This document shows, piece by piece, positions 36,695 through 45,492 of a stretch of 49,904 bases of DNA. A model generated the notes under the pieces. The model had not been told where the DNA came from, did not search any database, and saw only the letters and a list, made by a program, of their open reading frames with translations. The stretch is from Armatimonadota bacterium (GTDB lineage: Bacteria > Armatimonadota > UBA5829 > DTLH01). Location: contig JBDKUN010000046.1 in the NCBI GenBank assembly GCA_039679675.1, positions 1 to 49,904 on the forward strand, given 5' to 3'. Position 1 is the first letter of the stretch, and every line of letters starts with the position of its first letter. Position numbers and translations under genes: made by a program.

Positions 36695-36753
36695 AGGCAG
36701 GGATGCCTTTGAGTTCGAGTATACCCCGAACTTGATTGGATCAAGGAGGAAGA
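36695..36753 (+). promoter_or_regulatory. Putative CsrA-binding sites in flagellin 1 leader
   Basis: AGGCA-GGGA-TGCCT hairpin with GGA in the loop (36695-36708) plus CAAGGAGGAAG overlapping the SD, as in the B. subtilis hag leader arrangement. Confidence 0.6.
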
Positions 36754-36763
36754 TTTAGGTAAA

Positions 36764-37579
36764 ATGGGACTAAGAATTAATCTTAACGCATCAGCACTTA
36801 ATGCACACAGACAGTTGCAGAATACCGATACTGCAATGTCCACATCAATCGAGAGATTGAGTTCCGGCTACCGCATCAACCGTGCATCAGATGACCCGGC
36901 GGGACTTGCTATTTCTGAGAACTTGAGAGCTCAGATTACAGGTCTTGGACAGGCTTCATCAAACTCAAGTGATGCTGTAAACCTTATAAAGACTGCTGAA
37001 GGAGCTCTCTCAGAGGTCCACACACTGCTGAGGACTATGAGAAACCTTGCTCTCCACGCTGCCAACACCGGTGCCAACGATTCAACTGCAACAGAAGCTG
37101 ACCAGGCTCAGATCACATCTGACATCACAGCTCTTAACAGGATCGCTTCCAACACCCAGTTCGGCACAAAGACACTTCTGGATGGAACAGCGACAGGTCT
37201 TGCATTCCAGATAGGCAGCAATGCCAACCAGACTACAACAGTGGACATCTCAAGCGTAAAGGCATCTGACATTGGTGTATCATCAATAGACGTTACATCT
37301 GATGCTCAGGCTGCCATCACCGCTATCGACACTGCTATCTCGACAGTATCTACTCTCAGAGCAAACCTTGGTGCCATGCAGAAAGACCTTGAGTCGAACA
37401 TCAACTCCCTGGGTGTTGCAAAAGAGAACATCTCTGCATCTGAAAGTTCGATCAGAGACGTTGATATGGCAGATGAGATGGTTACTTTCACCAAGAATCA
37501 GATCCTGATGCAGGCCGGCACATCGATGCTTACTCAGGCCAACCAGTCGCCTCAGTACCTTCTTAAGTTACTGCAATAA
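36764..37579 (+). CDS. fliC: Flagellin 1 (271 aa, minimal type)
   Basis: LRINLN, IERLSSGYRINRASDDPAGLAISE, FQIGSNANQ, RANLGA, IRDVDMADEM, QILMQAG. Confidence 0.97.
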   Translation: MGLRINLNASALNAHRQLQNTDTAMSTSIERLSSGYRINRASDDPAGLAISENLRAQITGLGQASSNSSDAVNLIKTAEGALSEVHTLLRTMRNLALHAANTGANDSTATEADQAQITSDITALNRIASNTQFGTKTLLDGTATGLAFQIGSNANQTTTVDISSVKASDIGVSSIDVTSDAQAAITAIDTAISTVSTLRANLGAMQKDLESNINSLGVAKENISASESSIRDVDMADEMVTFTKNQILMQAGTSMLTQANQSPQYLLKLLQ

Positions 37580-37601
37580 GCAACTGGTTTCCTTAATCAC
37601 A

Positions 37602-37650
37602 GATGTATGGTCATTCTCGCGGGAATGGCCATACATCGATATTCCTTTTT
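37602..37650 (+). terminator. Intrinsic terminator/attenuator after flagellin 1
   Basis: GATGTATGGTCATTCTC-GC-GGGAATGGCCATACATC stem (with G-U pairs) followed by a T run. Confidence 0.7.
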
Positions 37651-37693
37651 GTTCAGTATGTGCAACCGTTGCGCTAACTAAAATCAGGAGGAT

Positions 37694-39667
37694 ATGCAAG
37701 ATATGGCTGCGACACAGACAATCAGCGGTGTTATATCCGGTATGGATACCAGCGGTATAATCGACAAGCTGATGGAAATAGAAAAAGCACCATTAACGCG
37801 GCTTCAGGATAAAAAAACCGCGCTGGAAAACCAGTTATCTGCCTGGAAGGATGCCAATACGCGCATCGGAGCGGTTAAAGATGCAGCCGAAAAACTTGCC
37901 AAAAGTTCTACATTTGATGCCAAGCTCATCGAATCCAGTGATGAAGACATCTTGAAGGCTTCTGTAAGCAGCACAGCTCAAACAGGCACTTATTATATAA
38001 AGATTAATCAACTCGCAAGAGCAAATCAGATAAAATCGAGCGGATTTGCAAGCACATCGGATAAAGTCGGGACCGGCACTTTCTCCATAACATTAGCAAA
38101 TGGGGCCCCAACTATTATCACAATTGATGACAGCAACAACAGCCTCACTGGACTGAAGGACGCGATCAACAACGCTGATGCAGGGGTCAAAGCATCAATT
38201 ATCAATGATGGGTCCGCAGGTTCTCCGTACCGCCTGGTTATTACAAGCGAGACAAGCGGCACTGCCGGTGCAATGACTATCGACAGCAACCTGACCAATG
38301 CAGGTACTTCAACATTCTCAACAATGCAGGCAGCTCAGGATGCATCTCTTACTCTCGGTGAAGGAGCAGGCGGCATTACAGTAACCAAGGGATCAAATAA
38401 GATCACAGACCTCATTCCCGGTGTAACGCTGAACCTGGTCACTACGACTGATACTGACGAAACCGTTACAGTCAACGTGAAAAATGATACATCCGGCATC
38501 ATAGGCGATATTACAAACTTTATTGACCAATACAACAACCTGATCGATTATATGAGCGAGCAATCCGACTACGATGCATCCACCGGTAAGGCCGGAACAC
38601 TCTTCGCGGATTCCACGCTATCAGGTATAGAATCGACCCTAAGCGACAAGCTTTTTGCTCAAGTCTCAGGACTCAAGCAGCAGATTGCAGTACTATCCCA
38701 ACTCGGAGTAGTAAATATAACAGGTGATGAATCCGGCAAGCTTGAGCTGGATGAAGATACATTGAATGACGTAATAGATGATTACGGATTGGATGCGGTC
38801 AAACGTGTCTTCTCAACAATGGGCGATGCATCAAATTCCAGCGTATCATTTGTCAGTGCCACCGCTGACACTAAATCATCCAGTATAGATGGCTACGCAA
38901 TTGAAGTTACTGCTGTGGCAGCCAAAGCCAGAGCAACTATGGGCGTAACACAAACTGCTGCTCTTGATCAGGATGAGGAAATCACACTAAACGACAAAAC
39001 CATAACCTTTACAAAAGGGATGACGGCAGCTCAGGTCGTCGCAGAAATCAACGAGCACACCGCCGATACAGGCGTAGTAGCATCCAGGACTGACATAAAC
39101 GGAGAAGGGACCGGCGACTATTTGACGCTGACAAGAGTTGGTTATGGTTCGTCCGGTACAATTACCGTTAAATCCAACACTTCAAGCCTGGGCGGAACGA
39201 GCACATCTGGTATCGGAACTACAGAAATCACACAGTCAAATGCAGCCGGTGAGGCCGGGACAGGAACTGGAACAGTCGGAGCAGACGTTCAAGGCACAAT
39301 AAACGGTGAGGCCGCAACAGGCAGGGGCCAAAAGTTGACCGGCAACGATGGCAACGAATATACCGCCGGGCTATGCATCAAAATTACGGGGCAAACAGTA
39401 GGAAGTTATGGCACGATCTCACTTACCAAGGGGATCAGTTCAACGCTCTACGATTACCTCGACTACGTAACGAACTCCAATGGCACGATCAAAACACTCA
39501 ATAACAGTATTCAACAGAATATCGATAGTCTAGATGATGAGATCACTGATATGAACGATAAACTGGATGCCAAGCGTGAATACTACTTATTGAAATTCAC
39601 TGCGATGGAAAGCTCGTTAAGCAACATCAAAAACCAGGGCTCTTACTTATCAAGCATGTTAAGTTGA
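37694..39667 (+). CDS. fliD: Flagellar filament cap protein FliD
   Basis: ISGVISGMDT..IIDKLMEIE, LKDAINNA.AGVKASIIND, DLIPGVTLNL, C-terminal KFTAMES. Confidence 0.93.
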   Translation: MQDMAATQTISGVISGMDTSGIIDKLMEIEKAPLTRLQDKKTALENQLSAWKDANTRIGAVKDAAEKLAKSSTFDAKLIESSDEDILKASVSSTAQTGTYYIKINQLARANQIKSSGFASTSDKVGTGTFSITLANGAPTIITIDDSNNSLTGLKDAINNADAGVKASIINDGSAGSPYRLVITSETSGTAGAMTIDSNLTNAGTSTFSTMQAAQDASLTLGEGAGGITVTKGSNKITDLIPGVTLNLVTTTDTDETVTVNVKNDTSGIIGDITNFIDQYNNLIDYMSEQSDYDASTGKAGTLFADSTLSGIESTLSDKLFAQVSGLKQQIAVLSQLGVVNITGDESGKLELDEDTLNDVIDDYGLDAVKRVFSTMGDASNSSVSFVSATADTKSSSIDGYAIEVTAVAAKARATMGVTQTAALDQDEEITLNDKTITFTKGMTAAQVVAEINEHTADTGVVASRTDINGEGTGDYLTLTRVGYGSSGTITVKSNTSSLGGTSTSGIGTTEITQSNAAGEAGTGTGTVGADVQGTINGEAATGRGQKLTGNDGNEYTAGLCIKITGQTVGSYGTISLTKGISSTLYDYLDYVTNSNGTIKTLNNSIQQNIDSLDDEITDMNDKLDAKREYYLLKFTAMESSLSNIKNQGSYLSSMLS

Positions 39668-39704
39668 AAATGCATATTTAGTAGTAAACAAGGGGCATGA
39701 CGCC

Positions 39705-40121
39705 ATGTCAATGAACAATCCATATTCGCAATATTCACTGAACCAGATCAATACAGCGACTCCGGGAAAACTCCTGATAATGACCTTCGACGGGGCAATC
39801 AGGTTCGCCCATACGGCCGCAGCAAATATGAAGGAACACAAACTTTACGAGCAAAACGAAAATATAAAGAAGATTCAGAATATACTGATCGATCTCATAT
39901 CGACTCTGAACCCCAAAATAGATTCACAACTTGCTGCCAACTTGAGCAGCATCTATAGCTACATGTTTGACAGGCTGACATATGCCAATATGAAGGATGA
40001 TGTTTCAGCCATTACTGAAGTTATTGAGATGCTCAAAGAATTACGAACGACATGGGCGAATGCCGAACTTATCGTGCGTTCCGGTGAGCAAAACACCGTA
40101 TTGGAGGCAGAAGCGGCATGA
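39705..40121 (+). CDS. fliS: Flagellin chaperone FliS
   Basis: NPYSQY...TATPGKLLIMTFDGAIRF, LAANLSSIYSYM, ELRTTW. Confidence 0.95.
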   Translation: MSMNNPYSQYSLNQINTATPGKLLIMTFDGAIRFAHTAAANMKEHKLYEQNENIKKIQNILIDLISTLNPKIDSQLAANLSSIYSYMFDRLTYANMKDDVSAITEVIEMLKELRTTWANAELIVRSGEQNTVLEAEAA

Positions 40122-40564
40122 TCTCCACAGAAGACACCGAATCTCAGATTTCGTTGACTGTACTTGAATACGATAAATTGCTGCAGCTAATGGATGAGTC
40201 CACTCAGAAGATCCTGTCAGCAATTAAGTCAGAAAACGCCGGTAGATTGGCTAGACTGGTCAAATCCAGGCGTGAGCTGTGCCGTGGGCTGGTGCTGTAT
40301 AACACGAGATTGAAAAACATGCTCAACCTTGCACAATCCCAAAAGTCTCTCGATGTATCCAGAATTAACGGTATACATAACCGGCTGCAAGCTGATAAGA
40401 AACGCCTGCTGACAAAACAAGCCGAGTGCGAGTCCGCGCTATCGGCGAGTCTACATAGATGCAGAGTTAAATTGAACAATCTGAACCGGCACCAAAATCT
40501 GAGAAATACCTACCAGAGAACTGCTGATCCTCAGCAGTCCCGCTTTATCGACAACCGGCTCTAA
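40118..40564 (+). CDS. Helical flagellar accessory protein (FliT/FlgN-like position)
   Basis: Overlaps fliS stop; coiled-coil character; ends RFIDNRL like FliT-type chaperones. Confidence 0.5.
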   Translation: MISTEDTESQISLTVLEYDKLLQLMDESTQKILSAIKSENAGRLARLVKSRRELCRGLVLYNTRLKNMLNLAQSQKSLDVSRINGIHNRLQADKKRLLTKQAECESALSASLHRCRVKLNNLNRHQNLRNTYQRTADPQQSRFIDNRL

Positions 40565-40571
40565 AAAGACA

Positions 40572-41777
40572 ATGGCGCACTGGCTCAAAGTAATCGGCTT
40601 CAGCAAACTGATACGGACAGTGCTTTTCTGCGGCCTCTTGCTCAGCCTGTTTATTGGCTTTCGGAGCCCGGCTTTCGCTGAGACTGATTCCTACGGGCGT
40701 TTTACTGGTCAAATTCAGAAACTGGCAAGCAACAATTCAATTGCTGTTAGCAAGATCGGCGCATCTGCACTCGGACGTCCGATCTACGCTGTTACAGTCA
40801 CAAATCCGGGCAAACCGGAATCCATATCCACCGATAGAATAAGAATTGTTGTTCTATCCGGGCAGCATGGCGATGAACCACTCCCAGCTTATGCCATGCT
40901 CGATCTTCTGGAATCATTTGCACGCCATGGGAAGGAAATTTCCCGTAAAGACCTGCAGAATGTCGTTATTATTTTCATCCCGGTGGTCAACCCGGACGGT
41001 TTTGCCGCCGGAACCAGGGTTAACAGCACCGGGGCAGATATAAACAGAGATTGGATAAAATGCAGCCAGCCTGAAACATCTGCAGTAACGAAACTTATAA
41101 AAGAGTTTAAGCCTCATATATTGATCGACCAACACGAGTGGACGAAAGATGATCCGCACAGGCCTAATTGCATCGAGACTGCAGAGTTTGGCCATAATGC
41201 AAACCAGCAACTCGCCAGATTACTTGCTTCTTCCTGCATCAGGAGATCATCAGCGAATGGGTTAATGCTTCGGCCTGCATATTACATCCGGCAATCTGAC
41301 CCAAGCATGGCTCACCGTCATTTCGCCGACTCCGGTATCTGTGCAATGCTTGTCGAGACTTCGCCGGATTCCCCGATGAAAAATCGTTCGACAGCTTACA
41401 AAGAAGTAGTTAGTGCCATCATAACAGCATTGTCATCTCCAACGGATCATATAATGCTAAACGATGTTTCCATACTGATGAATAAGCGGGGTGATGCACA
41501 TAAATGGCTTAATGTCTGCGACAAATGGCAGGTCCAACCGGATTCCACTGCCCCACCGGCCTGCATACTTGCGCTGCTTGCTGCAGTAGTAATCGCTGCA
41601 ATACGTACCATAACACCTCGAAATCTGCTAAAGCGAGACGCGAGACATACGAACACTGCGATGCCGGCAAGCCGGTATGCTTTCACAGAAATCGTTCGTT
41701 CCGACCTGCCTATACGTACCAGGCTGGGCATGATCCAGCGCCACAGACAGCGGCCTTCTGATAGAACAAACAATTAA
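40572..41777 (+). CDS. M14 family zinc carboxypeptidase-like protein with N-terminal signal/anchor and C-terminal hydrophobic segment
   Basis: IGASALGRPI, GQHGDE (HxxE), PVVNPDG, RVN...DINRDW, QPET, IDQHE, LVET. Confidence 0.8.
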   Translation: MAHWLKVIGFSKLIRTVLFCGLLLSLFIGFRSPAFAETDSYGRFTGQIQKLASNNSIAVSKIGASALGRPIYAVTVTNPGKPESISTDRIRIVVLSGQHGDEPLPAYAMLDLLESFARHGKEISRKDLQNVVIIFIPVVNPDGFAAGTRVNSTGADINRDWIKCSQPETSAVTKLIKEFKPHILIDQHEWTKDDPHRPNCIETAEFGHNANQQLARLLASSCIRRSSANGLMLRPAYYIRQSDPSMAHRHFADSGICAMLVETSPDSPMKNRSTAYKEVVSAIITALSSPTDHIMLNDVSILMNKRGDAHKWLNVCDKWQVQPDSTAPPACILALLAAVVIAAIRTITPRNLLKRDARHTNTAMPASRYAFTEIVRSDLPIRTRLGMIQRHRQRPSDRTNN

Positions 41778-41911
41778 ATTGCATTCAAATGGGAAACTAG
41801 TATTTTTACCATGTTAAAGCAGCAGCTAATCAAGGAATGACGATAGAGGAGCATGAAGCTCCTATGGCCCTGAACTAATTGGGCTGTCGTAATCAAGGAG
41901 GAAGGTCTAGA

Positions 41912-42727
41912 ATGGGACTAAGAATTAATCTTAACGCATCAGCACTTAATGCACACAGACAGTTGCAGAATACTGATTCTGCCATGGCTGCATCAATCGA
42001 GAGATTGAGTTCCGGCTACCGCATCAACCGTGCTGCGGATGACCCGGCGGGACTTGCTATTTCTGAGAACTTGAGAGCTCAGATTTCAGGCCTTGGACAG
42101 GCTTCATCAAACTCAAGTGATGCTGTAAACCTTATAAAGACTGCTGAAGGAGCTCTCTCAGAGGTCCACACACTGCTGAGGACTATGAGAAACCTTGCTC
42201 TTCACGCTGCCAATGCCGGTGCCAACGACACCACAGCAACAGAAGCTGACCAGGCTCAGATCACATCTGACATCACAGCTCTTAACAGGATCGCTTCCAA
42301 CACCCAGTTCGGCACAAAGACACTTCTGGATGGAACAGCGACAGGGCTTGCATTCCAGATAGGCAGCAATGCCAACCAGACTACAACAGTAGACATCTCA
42401 AGCGTAAAGGCATCTGACATTGGCGTATCATCAATAGACGTTACATCTGATGCTCAGGCTGCCATCACAGCGCTGGATACTGCTATCTCGACAGTATCTA
42501 CTCTCAGAGCAAACCTTGGTGCCACTCAGAAAGACCTTGAGTCGAACATCAACTCCCTGGGTGTTGCAAAAGAGAACATCTCCGCATCTGAAAGTGCGAT
42601 CAGAGACGTCGACATGGCAGATGAGATGGTTACTTTCACCAAGAACCAGATCCTGATGCAAGCCGGCACATCGATGCTTACTCAGGCCAACCAGTCGCCT
42701 CAGTACCTTCTCAGATTGCTGCAGTAA
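41912..42727 (+). CDS. fliC: Flagellin 2 (271 aa), near-identical paralog of flagellin 1
   Basis: Same motifs; 11 amino-acid differences from flagellin 1 by manual comparison; ATG 41912 follows AAGGAGG. Confidence 0.97.
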   Translation: MGLRINLNASALNAHRQLQNTDSAMAASIERLSSGYRINRAADDPAGLAISENLRAQISGLGQASSNSSDAVNLIKTAEGALSEVHTLLRTMRNLALHAANAGANDTTATEADQAQITSDITALNRIASNTQFGTKTLLDGTATGLAFQIGSNANQTTTVDISSVKASDIGVSSIDVTSDAQAAITALDTAISTVSTLRANLGATQKDLESNINSLGVAKENISASESAIRDVDMADEMVTFTKNQILMQAGTSMLTQANQSPQYLLRLLQ

Positions 42728-42751
42728 TAGCAGCCGAATTACAGCTAATAA

Positions 42752-42781
42752 AGCGGTCACTCTCTTTTGGGAGTGGCCGCT
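42752..42781. terminator. Hairpin between convergent fliC2 and the flh/fliA operon
   Basis: AGCGGTCACTCTC-TTTT-GGGAGTGGCCGCT. Confidence 0.7.
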
Positions 42782-42811
42782 ATCATTGTACAAGCCACGC
42801 ATTGATCCTAT

Positions 42812-43297
42812 TTACCTCGCCTTTAGCCCCAGACTGAGTATCAGGTTAACTTCTGCAGCGTCAAGCCCGACAGTCCTGGCTATTTCAGCGCATTCCATAC
42901 CTTTTGATGCCAGATCAAGGACCTTTACGCAGCTCTTTTCGGCTTCGGTATCGATAATCGGTGAAGCTACGCAAGCTTCGTCAGGGAGTTTGCGCATAAA
43001 ATCATAGGACTCAGCGGAAATATTCTTCAGTTGGCTGATTTTCCTGTCGGCTTCCGAGATCAACTCTTTCAACTCAGCACATCGTTTGTCCAGTTCACCT
43101 ATACCACTATCCGCTTCCGCCTTGAGCTGCTCTATAAGGACCATCGCCGATTCTTCCAGCGCCCTTAGGTCCGTCGATGTGAGGGCCTCTCTTTCCCGGC
43201 TGGCCCAGGAAGCGCGTAGTACCGCAACAGCCACTACAAATCCACTGCAGATGACTATGCAGGTCACCACTATAAACACAAACCATCCACTTACCAT
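42812..43297 (-). CDS. Membrane-anchored coiled-coil protein with C-terminal HTH (DUF6115/DUF2802-like, flagellar-associated)
   Basis: N-terminal TM, coiled coil, VLDLASKGMECAEIARTVGLDAAEVNLIL. Confidence 0.65.
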   Translation of the reverse strand: MVSGWFVFIVVTCIVICSGFVVAVAVLRASWASREREALTSTDLRALEESAMVLIEQLKAEADSGIGELDKRCAELKELISEADRKISQLKNISAESYDFMRKLPDEACVASPIIDTEAEKSCVKVLDLASKGMECAEIARTVGLDAAEVNLILSLGLKAR

Positions 43298-43303
43298 TTC
43301 ACA

Positions 43304-43585
43304 CTACACCCTGACATCCAAAATATGTTTCTCATCGGTACCGCCGTCATTTTCATCGTCGCGACGGTCGATTACCTGTTCATCGTCTTCGCCGGTTGAT
43401 TCGTCTTCAAAATCTTCTTCCGGTTCCAGTCCCGACTCTGAGTCATCATCGCCGGTGCCTGTCGCCGACTTTACCGCTTGCTGCTGATCCAAAGTACCAT
43501 CGGCCTTATGAGTCACAGGCCGGACACTATCCAGTTCGAGCCGCTTGGCTGCCAGATTGCTTGTATCTGCCGCCCGAACGTCCAT
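43304..43585 (-). CDS. Small acidic flagellar-cluster hypothetical protein
   Basis: GGAGG SD; D/E-rich; ends KHILDVRV. Confidence 0.55.
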   Translation of the reverse strand: MDVRAADTSNLAAKRLELDSVRPVTHKADGTLDQQQAVKSATGTGDDDSESGLEPEEDFEDESTGEDDEQVIDRRDDENDGGTDEKHILDVRV

Positions 43586-43603
43586 ATCTTCGCACCTCCA
43601 ACA

Positions 43604-44377
43604 TTATGCGGCAGCGAGAAGTAATTCCTCGTGCCTTGCCAGTTTACCGTGGAGCCGAACTACAGCTTTTGAATGGAGTTGGCAGGCTCTGGATTCCGTG
43701 ACGCCCAGAACCGCCGCTATTTCTTTTAATGTAAGCCCATCTTTATAATAAAGGCTGATAACCAGTTTTTCCTTCTCAGGCAAGCCATCGATTGCCGAAA
43801 CAAGTAATTGCTTGCGTTCGCCAATCAGAGCCACAAACATAGGATCGCCATCGGGACCGCAGGCAGTATTGGAACCGCCCAGACCGTCATATTCGTCACC
43901 GCATGCCATCAACTCTTCAAGCGACACTACCGACGATTGTCCGATATCGACCAGGAGGCCGTTCAGCGTGTCTATATCTATCCCCATCTCGGCAGCCACT
44001 TCTTCATCCGTGGCTGCGCGGCCAAAGCGTGCTTCCAGTTTTGCGAATACCCGCCTGAGTTCCGATGCGGATGACTGGACTGAGCGAGGCTTCCAATCAA
44101 GCGACTTCAGTACATCGAGCACTGCCCCGCGTATACGCACGCTTGCATAGGTCTCGAACTTGACATCCTTACCGGGATCAAACTTCTCTACTGCGTCAAT
44201 CAGCCCCATAATCGCGTTACTTACGAGGTCATCATAACTGACTACCGCGTTAGGCCGCAAATTCATCCGATCGACTACGTACTTAGCAAGATAAGCATAG
44301 GCCAGTATTATCTGCTGTCGCGCTTCATCGTCCTTCTGTGTTTTGTAGCGTTGCCAGAGATCATTCATCCTCAACAT
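43604..44377 (-). CDS. fliA: RNA polymerase sigma28 factor (FliA/WhiG)
   Basis: GLIDAVEKFDP, FETYASVRIRGAVLD, DWKPRS, LYY..LTLKEIAAVLGVTESRACQLH. Confidence 0.95.
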   Translation of the reverse strand: MLRMNDLWQRYKTQKDDEARQQIILAYAYLAKYVVDRMNLRPNAVVSYDDLVSNAIMGLIDAVEKFDPGKDVKFETYASVRIRGAVLDVLKSLDWKPRSVQSSASELRRVFAKLEARFGRAATDEEVAAEMGIDIDTLNGLLVDIGQSSVVSLEELMACGDEYDGLGGSNTACGPDGDPMFVALIGERKQLLVSAIDGLPEKEKLVISLYYKDGLTLKEIAAVLGVTESRACQLHSKAVVRLHGKLARHEELLLAAA

Positions 44378-44404
44378 ACTGATATACCTCGGCTCCTATA
44401 ATCC

Positions 44405-44620
44405 TTACTGCTCGTCGGAGCCAGCCTTCTCGCTGCTGCCAACCGCAAAGCTGATCAAAGTGCGTAGGACACTCTGCACAGCCCACAGCGCGGCAAATAC
44501 GAGTACAGACTTGAATGCAGCTATCAGCAGTGATTCTCCCCTCACAAGAAGAACCGCTGCGACTACCAAAAAACCGGCCAGTGCTATTAAGATACTAATT
44601 AACTGACAAAACTCTTTCAT
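44405..44620 (-). CDS. Small two-TM membrane protein
   Basis: 71 aa with two hydrophobic segments; in operon between flhG and fliA. Confidence 0.6.
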   Translation of the reverse strand: MKEFCQLISILIALAGFLVVAAVLLVRGESLLIAAFKSVLVFAALWAVQSVLRTLISFAVGSSEKAGSDEQ

Positions 44621-44649
44621 AAGTCTTGGTATCAGAAACTACAACTAAA

Positions 44650-45492
44650 TCAACTACCGCTGAGCTGTAAATATGCAGCCAAACGCCTGAGATATATCGA
44701 TGACGCCGATCTGGGATACGCGACAACTACCGGCTTTCGAGCATGTATCGTCCTTGGTATCACTGGATCGTTTTGCACACAGTGCCAGATATCGCAGCTT
44801 CTGTCCAAAAACTTCAGCGCGACATCGTTTACCACTGTAACCGCCCGTTTTGCATCCTCATCAGATGCCGCCATATTAATGACAAGCTGAATATCGAGGG
44901 CCGGTGTGCGCCTATCAAGAGTTTTGATAAGTGCATAACTATCGCGGAGCGATGTCGGCTCTGGAGTAGTAACAAGCAATAAATCATCGGCATCACCAAG
45001 AAAATCCGTGACATCGTCTCTGATACCGGGGCTCGTATCGATTATTACGTATTCGAACTCCCCGTAATAAGCCCTGAGCTTCTCCAATAAGCCTTTTCTT
45101 TCCAGCGATTTAGCTTCAGCCAGCTCCTTGAGCCCTGAGCCACCGGATATGACTCTCACTCCAAACGGACCAACCGCCGCAACATCTTCCGGTCCAAAGC
45201 CGCCATGGAGCAGATGGCCTAAATGCCTTCCTGACTCCAGCCCAAGCATGACATCGACATTTGCAAGGCCAAGGTCAGCGTCCACAATCAAGACGCGCTT
45301 GCCCTGTTCAGCCAGTAGGAGCGCGATATTCACCGCGATTGTGGTCTTGCCTACCCCACCCTTGCCGCTCGTCACTGCTATGACCCGCGTATCGACAGGA
45401 TGGCGTTTTGAAGCATCCCGGCGCTCTTCTGTGAGCGGTGTCAACCTGCTGCCGCCTGAGACAATTTCACGTAATCTCGCTGCCTGGTCCAT
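44650..45492 (-). CDS. flhG: MinD-like ATPase FlhG (FleN)
   Basis: MDQAARLR N-terminus, SGKGGVGKT, DADLGLANVD, IDTSPG, TTPEPTS. Confidence 0.92.
   Translation of the reverse strand: MDQAARLREIVSGGSRLTPLTEERRDASKRHPVDTRVIAVTSGKGGVGKTTIAVNIALLLAEQGKRVLIVDADLGLANVDVMLGLESGRHLGHLLHGGFGPEDVAAVGPFGVRVISGGSGLKELAEAKSLERKGLLEKLRAYYGEFEYVIIDTSPGIRDDVTDFLGDADDLLLVTTPEPTSLRDSYALIKTLDRRTPALDIQLVINMAASDEDAKRAVTVVNDVALKFLDRSCDIWHCVQNDPVIPRTIHARKPVVVAYPRSASSIYLRRLAAYLQLSGS

Noticed and set aside
36584..36712. 42-aa ORF as a hidden csrA
   Set aside because: Sequence MTQQISDIWN... lacks the CsrA MLxLxRK and (V/I)xRxE motifs.
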